The notes beneath the pieces were generated by a model, which saw only the letters and a list, made by a program, of their open reading frames with translations, did no database searches and was not told where the DNA came from. The position numbers were made by a program, and so were the translations under genes. From an uncultured virus (IMG/VR IMGVR_UViG_3300037067_011375) (taxonomy: Duplodnaviria > Heunggongvirae > Uroviricota > Caudoviricetes), in the IMG/VR virus record IMGVR_UViG_3300037067_011375, positions 112,408 through 132,407 of that record: a DNA stretch of 20,000 bases, one strand, 5' to 3'. Positions 15,282 through 20,000 of this stretch are shown here, in pieces (the stretch's first letter is position 1; every line of letters starts with the position of its first letter).

Positions 15282-17140
15282 TGCCTGTGAAAAAATACGG
15301 CGCTGCCGAAATCCAAGTTCTTGAGGGACTGGAGCACATTCGTAAGCGTGTAGGAATGTATATCCCCGACACTGGACCTGCCGGGGTCCACCACCTTCTT
15401 CATGAAGCTGTTGATAATGCCGTGGACGAGTTCCTAGATGGCCACGTTGACGAAATCAGCGTCACATTGCTGCCAGATGGTGCTGTTGTTCAAGATAATG
15501 GCCGTGGGATTCCAGTGGAACATCATGAGCAGGCCAACTGTTCCACCTTGGAAGCTGTGTTCACGCTGCTTCATGCAGGTGGCAAGTTCAAAAAAGGCGC
15601 CTACACCAGCGCTACCGGGGGGACTTTCGGCGTAGGTATAAAAACTCTAACGGCGCTCTCGTCCCACATGGTTGCCACGACTGTGCGGGATGGAAAATGT
15701 TGGCAACAGCAGTACCATCAGGGCAAGCCCACCACTAAAGTCCAGCGGGTTAAATCCGACTTGGCCGCTGGTGTCAGGGTGGAGTTTCACCCCGACCCAA
15801 CCATTTTCGGCGAGTGGAAATGGCAGCCCCGGAAGGTCGCGGCCTGGCTCCAGGACACCGCGTGGTTGTGCCCTGGCCTGACCATTATCCTGACCGTCGG
15901 GGACAAATCAGTCCGGTACCATAGCCCCGACGGACTCGCTGGATTACTACGGCACGAAACCCCCGACGCCGTGGTCCAGGGCGACGTGGTAGAAATCCAC
16001 GTTGAAGGGGTCGTGGACGCGGCGTTCTGCTGGACCGACGTGGAAGGCGAGCACTGGCGTTCCTGGGTCAACGTGGTGAACACCCCGGGCCACGGGGTCC
16101 ACGTCAAAGGCGCCACCAGGGCGATCCAGGATTTTCTCCAGGAGTTGTCCGACCAGAAGATCCGGGGTGAGGATCTTCGCGATGGCCTCGTGGGTGCCAT
16201 TCATGTCCGCACCCTGGAGCCGAAATTTCAGGGCCAGACCAAGCAACGGTTGGACAACCCCGAGGTCGAGACCCAGGTCTACGGGATTGTCCTGCAGCAC
16301 CTCCGGGACCACCGAGCAGCCCTGCAGGACCAATGCTTGGCCATCGTGGCCAGGGCCAAGAGGATCCAGGACGCCCGCCAGAAGTTCCGGGCGGAACAGT
16401 CGGCCATCAAGAACGTCAAGGTCAAGCGAGGAGCCCGGGGGCTCCTACCGGACAAACTCGTAGAGGCCCCTGACTGTACGGCTGACGAGCGGGAACTCTA
16501 CATCGTGGAGGGTGATTCGGCCGGCGGCACCGTCAAGAAGGCCAGGATCCGAAAACGCCGAGGCAAGGGTGACCACGAATACCACTACCAGGAGGTCTTT
16601 CAACTCCGGGGCAAGGTAGCGAACGCAGCCCGAAAAGGCGAGGTTGAGGACCTGCTGAAAAACCAGGAGGTCAAGGACCTGATCACCGCGATTGGCGCTG
16701 GGATTGGTGACTCGTTTGACCTGACGAAGTGTCGGTACCGACACGTCTACCTCCTGGCCGACGCCGACCCTGATGGCAAGCACATCGTCGCGTTGCTCCT
16801 GGGACTGTTCGCCCGGTATTTCCCAACGTTGATTTCCGCCGGGATTATCCGGGTGGTCCTGAACCCCCTGTTCATGGGGGTCACGGCGACCAGCAGGGTC
16901 TACGGCGATTCAGTCGAGGAAATCCGAGCAACCCTGGGGGGCAAGCAAAACATCAGGATCACGCGGTTCAAGGGCCTGGGCGAGTCCAACGCGTCTGACC
17001 TCCAAGCCTACGCGCTTCACCCCAAGACCCGCCGGGTCCTGCAGGTGGAATGGGATGACAAGCACGACGCCAAGTTGGTCCAGCGGTACATGGGGCTCGA
17101 CGTCACGGCCCGGAGGGAAATCCTCGGGATTGTCGATTAA
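15281..17140 (+). CDS. gyrB: Type IIA DNA topoisomerase subunit B (GyrB/ParE-like, 619 aa)
   Basis: GLEHIRKRVGMYI, EAVDNAVDE, DNGRGIP, LHAGGKF, FQGQTKQRL, TOPRIM motifs EGDSAGG, LRGK and DADPDG.HI, and RFKGLGE. Gyrase versus topo IV type cannot be decided. Confidence 0.93.
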   Translation: MPVKKYGAAEIQVLEGLEHIRKRVGMYIPDTGPAGVHHLLHEAVDNAVDEFLDGHVDEISVTLLPDGAVVQDNGRGIPVEHHEQANCSTLEAVFTLLHAGGKFKKGAYTSATGGTFGVGIKTLTALSSHMVATTVRDGKCWQQQYHQGKPTTKVQRVKSDLAAGVRVEFHPDPTIFGEWKWQPRKVAAWLQDTAWLCPGLTIILTVGDKSVRYHSPDGLAGLLRHETPDAVVQGDVVEIHVEGVVDAAFCWTDVEGEHWRSWVNVVNTPGHGVHVKGATRAIQDFLQELSDQKIRGEDLRDGLVGAIHVRTLEPKFQGQTKQRLDNPEVETQVYGIVLQHLRDHRAALQDQCLAIVARAKRIQDARQKFRAEQSAIKNVKVKRGARGLLPDKLVEAPDCTADERELYIVEGDSAGGTVKKARIRKRRGKGDHEYHYQEVFQLRGKVANAARKGEVEDLLKNQEVKDLITAIGAGIGDSFDLTKCRYRHVYLLADADPDGKHIVALLLGLFARYFPTLISAGIIRVVLNPLFMGVTATSRVYGDSVEEIRATLGGKQNIRITRFKGLGESNASDLQAYALHPKTRRVLQVEWDDKHDAKLVQRYMGLDVTARREILGIVD

Positions 17141-17143
17141 GTG

Positions 17144-17172
17144 TTGACAACGGCAATCCGCCGGTGTACAAC
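17144..17172 (+). promoter_or_regulatory. Sigma70-like promoter (TTGACA-N17-TACAAC)
   Basis: TTGACA at 17144-17149, directly after the topoisomerase stop, and TACAAC at 17167-17172. Predicted +1 coincides with ATG 17179. Confidence 0.65.
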
Positions 17173-17178
17173 AGGACC

Positions 17179-17295
17179 ATGAAGACCCGTCAGATCAAGG
17201 CAGGCAAGGTGTACACCGGACGAGACGGCGAGGTGCGCCGTGTCCTGGACATCTACAAAAGTTGCGGTGACTACTTTGTGCGTTACTGTCTATGA
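17179..17295 (+). CDS. Small hypothetical protein (38 aa), absent from the ORF track
   Basis: MKTRQIKAGKVYTGRDGEVRRVLDIYKSCGDYFVRYCL*. Starts at the predicted TSS and has an ATGA overlap with the next ORF. Confidence 0.55.
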   Translation: MKTRQIKAGKVYTGRDGEVRRVLDIYKSCGDYFVRYCL

Positions 17296-17399
17296 TCGAG
17301 GAATACATGCGCGGAGACGACTTGGACAGAAAGACGGTGCTCAAGGAATTGGCCGATCACATGGATGTGATCGAGACTGCAAAAAGGTGGGGACGATGA
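17292..17399 (+). CDS. Small hypothetical protein (35 aa), absent from the ORF track
   Basis: MIEEYMRGDDLDRKTVLKELADHMDVIETAKRWGR*. ATGA overlaps at both ends. Confidence 0.5.
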   Translation: MIEEYMRGDDLDRKTVLKELADHMDVIETAKRWGR

Positions 17400-17692
17400 T
17401 CGAACCCAATTATGACGATCTCGATCCGTGTATTGACCCCCGATGGACGCCGGGAAGTCTGGCAGTAGCAATCACGCAGGTTGTTGACGGCACCGTGTTG
17501 GAGGCCGCGGAGGAGCATTTACGGAGGGCCGATGCGGTAGAACGGCTCATCCGTGCGGGTGTCCGTGTGCGGGAGGCGCGCAGGTTGTGGCGCGACCCAA
17601 GCGTGGACGCCACGGTAGCCCAGCGGGAGTACGACGCGGCCCTGAATGAACTGGACGCGGCAGTGGAAACTGCGGAGCACTGGATAAAATGA
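17396..17692 (+). CDS. Hypothetical helical protein (98 aa)
   Basis: Start reassigned from 17240 to ATG 17396 (ATGA overlap). MIEPNYDDL...AEHWIK. Confidence 0.65.
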   Translation: MIEPNYDDLDPCIDPRWTPGSLAVAITQVVDGTVLEAAEEHLRRADAVERLIRAGVRVREARRLWRDPSVDATVAQREYDAALNELDAAVETAEHWIK

Positions 17693-17781
17693 TGGTCATC
17701 GGCATTATCATCACCGTCATCTGGGTTGTCGCGATCACGGTTGGTCTCATGGGCGGTCCACCTACGCCGCGGAGAAAATGA
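17689..17781 (+). CDS. Single-pass membrane micropeptide (30 aa)
   Basis: MMVIGIIITVIWVVAITVGLMGGPPTPRRK*: a hydrophobic helix plus basic tail, with ATGA overlaps at both ends. Confidence 0.55.
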   Translation: MMVIGIIITVIWVVAITVGLMGGPPTPRRK

Positions 17782-17855
17782 TGGCTTTTCGCATAGAGGT
17801 TGAGCCTAACGACCACTGTTACGACACCGACGATATGGTCGCGTGGTGTGAGTAA
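17778..17855 (+). CDS. Acidic micropeptide (25 aa)
   Basis: MMAFRIEVEPNDHCYDTDDMVAWCE*. ATGA overlap with the previous stop. Confidence 0.35.
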   Translation: MMAFRIEVEPNDHCYDTDDMVAWCE

Positions 17856-17873
17856 CACAAGCGAGCCAACACC

Positions 17874-18134
17874 ATGAAGGAACATTTGGTCGCGTCTGAT
17901 TTTAGTTGTCCTATGCCAGACCGGCCTTCGGTCTTGGCGCCCGGTGCGGTGGTGCCGGGTGACTACGACCACTATTACTGCCCGCGGTGTCACACCAGAG
18001 TACACAAACTCCTCCACGGCGTAGCCAAGACGTGTAAATGCGGCCTGACCATGACACGCTACGGCAACGGGCTTGACATCGAAATGGACGTGGACCTGGA
18101 CGAGACCGCGCCGGTGGGCCAGGTGGTAAATTGA
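17874..18134 (+). CDS. Small Zn-ribbon-like protein (86 aa)
   Basis: CPRC...CKCG motif. Confidence 0.6.
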   Translation: MKEHLVASDFSCPMPDRPSVLAPGAVVPGDYDHYYCPRCHTRVHKLLHGVAKTCKCGLTMTRYGNGLDIEMDVDLDETAPVGQVVN

Positions 18135-18176
18135 GAACCAGAAACCATTTATTGGCAGCAACGAAAGACATACAAC

Positions 18177-18764
18177 ATGGATGACCTCTCCAGAGCCAAC
18201 GAAGCGCAGCGAGAAATAGATGAGTTGCAGCGCGCATTAGATTACGCCCAAAAGGAAGCGCAACACCTCAAGGTCATCATGAGGGACGCATTGGTGCCGT
18301 GCCCCAGGTGCAACGGGACCTTGTGGGTTGGTGACCAAGATAGCGGTGATGTTTGCCCATGCGATTCTGCTGGATATGTCCCAGGCTACGTGCCGGCGAC
18401 CGACGCTTCGCTGAAGCGACGGGAAAAGATCGCGTCGTCTCCTTGGACCTCTGGACTCGCGGTCCAGGTGGCTGGAATGGACGGTGGCTATCCCATTGAG
18501 GAGTATTACCACCCCGAGGCCGACGCGGTCGACAAGATCATGACGGCCGCGAAAGAATTGGAAACTGCTTGGACCGAATTGGAAGCGGCCCAGACGGCGT
18601 ACCACGTGGCCCTAAACGACACCACCATGTCAGTTGATGAAATCAATACTGCCACGGTTTTGGCCGCAACTGACCGACGCGATCGGGCTCGTGCGGAATT
18701 GCGGGCGGCTACACTGTCTGCGGCAGAATATGACTACGCCGCAGACAACGGGAGCGAGCCATAA
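18177..18764 (+). CDS. Hypothetical protein with coiled coils and a CxxCxG zinc-finger-like motif (195 aa)
   Basis: N-terminal coiled coil, CPRCNGT...CPC, and a TAATG overlap with the next ORF. Confidence 0.7.
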   Translation: MDDLSRANEAQREIDELQRALDYAQKEAQHLKVIMRDALVPCPRCNGTLWVGDQDSGDVCPCDSAGYVPGYVPATDASLKRREKIASSPWTSGLAVQVAGMDGGYPIEEYYHPEADAVDKIMTAAKELETAWTELEAAQTAYHVALNDTTMSVDEINTATVLAATDRRDRARAELRAATLSAAEYDYAADNGSEP

Positions 18765-19339
18765 TGCGCGAGTTATGTTTCGTTATCAACGGCGAAGAAG
18801 TCGGGGTGGGGATATCGGCGGAAAGCACGCTGGCTGCCGCGAGAAACGCGGCCCTGGCATACAGCGCCAACACCGGGCGCCCAGTAACTGACTGGGACGT
18901 ATACGATGAGGCTGGAGTAATCCTTTCACCCTATAAGATCATCGGAGATGGTGTCCCGGACCGGATGTTTCTCGCGCTCCGGATGGCGTCGATCTGCCAC
19001 ACCGTCGGGTACCAGGATTGCCCCGGCCACGTGTACGACGTGTCCCAAGCCAAGGTAGTTGTGGGGCCCACGGCGAAACCAAAATACGATTACGCCGATA
19101 TAATCCGAGCACTAGAACTTGAACTTGGTCAGCCACCGTACCGCGCCGCCCTGTTGACCGCTATGGTAGAAAACAGCGTGTTGCGGGAAGAGCGCACGCT
19201 CATGCAAGGCCAAATGAAAACAATGAGAGACACACTGAAAGCGTGTTCCAGGGTAATCAACGATCCAGAGTATCCGGATAGGCCAGTACTTAGAATTTGC
19301 ATCTGGGAAGCACTAGATCTAAAGGGCCCGTGGTGGTGA
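18764..19339 (+). CDS. Protein with an N-terminal DUF2604-like ubiquitin-like (beta-grasp) domain and a helical C-terminal extension
   Basis: Residues 1-73, FVINGEEV.V.....L...R..AL..SANTGRP..DW...DEAG.IL...K.IGD.....MFLALR, match my recollection of the DUF2604 consensus (VNGQ...ALEQSGNVGQPPENWELKDESG.VLD..KKVED....LFLSLKAGVAG). Confidence 0.7.
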   Translation: MRELCFVINGEEVGVGISAESTLAAARNAALAYSANTGRPVTDWDVYDEAGVILSPYKIIGDGVPDRMFLALRMASICHTVGYQDCPGHVYDVSQAKVVVGPTAKPKYDYADIIRALELELGQPPYRAALLTAMVENSVLREERTLMQGQMKTMRDTLKACSRVINDPEYPDRPVLRICIWEALDLKGPWW

Positions 19340-19407
19340 AACCTTGACCGGTACACCAAACTGACGACATGGCTGCGTGGCGCGAATACCATGAACGAGG
19401 CAGCACC

Positions 19408-19752
19408 ATGACCAAGCACACATTTACCGATTTGCTCGGGCGCGATTTCAGCGTACAGGTAGATCTTGATGCCGACGGGGATGACCTCTTATCCATAGAG
19501 GACCAAGGACACCACCCCATTATGCTGTTCTGTCACACCGACGCGATCGAACTGGCCAAGGTGCTACTTCGCTACGGCGCGCATGGGCGAGTTGAGCATG
19601 TCGACTGCCCAGATTGTGATGGTACTGGTACGGTCAACCCAGGGCATTTTCAGTGCTATAGTTGTGGAGGTACTGGCGAAATGTCAGGGAGTACAACACA
19701 CGATGCCCACGACGCGACTCTGGGGTCATTGTGGAAAATGGCAAGGTGGTAG
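19408..19752 (+). CDS. Hypothetical protein with a DnaJ-type CxxCxGxG zinc finger (alternative start 19369)
   Basis: CPDCDGTG...CYSCGGTG, with GAGG upstream of ATG 19408. Confidence 0.7.
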   Translation: MTKHTFTDLLGRDFSVQVDLDADGDDLLSIEDQGHHPIMLFCHTDAIELAKVLLRYGAHGRVEHVDCPDCDGTGTVNPGHFQCYSCGGTGEMSGSTTHDAHDATLGSLWKMARW

Positions 19753-19753
19753 A

Positions 19754-19999
19754 ATGAAATTCACCGTAAAGGCCACGGTAGACCCCGATCCAGATGGTCG
19801 CCACTGTGGCCCGTGTCCCATTTCCAATGCGGGTTGCACGTCGTTTTGCGTGCTGTACGGGCACCGTGATTTCGACGACCAAGGTATGGTTCGTCCTGTT
19901 GCTTGCCTGGAAGATGAAAAAGCCTGCAAGCTCTTGGTAGATTTTGAGGCGTCGTTGCCGAAGGTGCGGCCTGCCGTTTGCCTGGAGATGTATCCGTGA
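19754..19999 (+). CDS. Cys-rich small hypothetical protein (81 aa)
   Basis: Start reassigned to ATG 19754, 1 nt after the previous stop. MKFTVKATVDPDPDGRHCGPC...FCVLYG...RPVACL. Confidence 0.6.
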   Translation: MKFTVKATVDPDPDGRHCGPCPISNAGCTSFCVLYGHRDFDDQGMVRPVACLEDEKACKLLVDFEASLPKVRPAVCLEMYP

Positions 20000-20000
20000 C

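Noticed and set aside
538..16783. Many long minus-strand and alternate-frame ORFs (e.g. 538-1362, 2027-3055, 12175-13011, 10646-11104)
   Set aside because: They are shadows of GC-rich + strand genes, lie wholly over better-supported CDSs and contain no recognisable motifs.
17240..17395. N-terminal extension of the 150-aa ORF given in the track
   Set aside because: The region is better explained by two ATGA-coupled small ORFs in other frames and a start at 17396.

Overview
A GC-rich 20 kb segment of a large tailed-phage genome (or prophage) with every credible gene on the + strand. 1-5197 holds three probable virion structural genes and is followed by two hypothetical genes. 6004-6245 is a regulatory interval with two sigma70-type promoters, a structured RNA and an intrinsic terminator. 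The replication/DNA-metabolism block contains a calcineurin-like metallophosphoesterase, an SPO1-type family A DNA polymerase (UDG-like, 3'-5' exonuclease, PolA and C-terminal Zn ribbon), a Lar-like Zn ribbon, a C5 cytosine methyltransferase, a lipoprotein, a free-standing NUMOD4-HNH homing endonuclease and a type IIA topoisomerase B subunit. From 17144 a promoter drives a chain of small accessory ORFs. The most notable observations are: (1) a DUF2604-like bacterial ubiquitin-like domain lacking its C-terminal glycine, a candidate decoy against Bil-type ubiquitination defence; (2) a methyltransferase whose motif VIII lies in the -1 frame and whose WPTP repeats carry duplicated 31-nt palindromes; (3) a promoter-to-terminator structured RNA with attenuator topology; (4) a recurring GGTAAAA(C/T) element and apparently leaderless starts; (5) a nested domain duplication in the first structural protein. 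All family assignments come from motif recognition by eye, not database searches.
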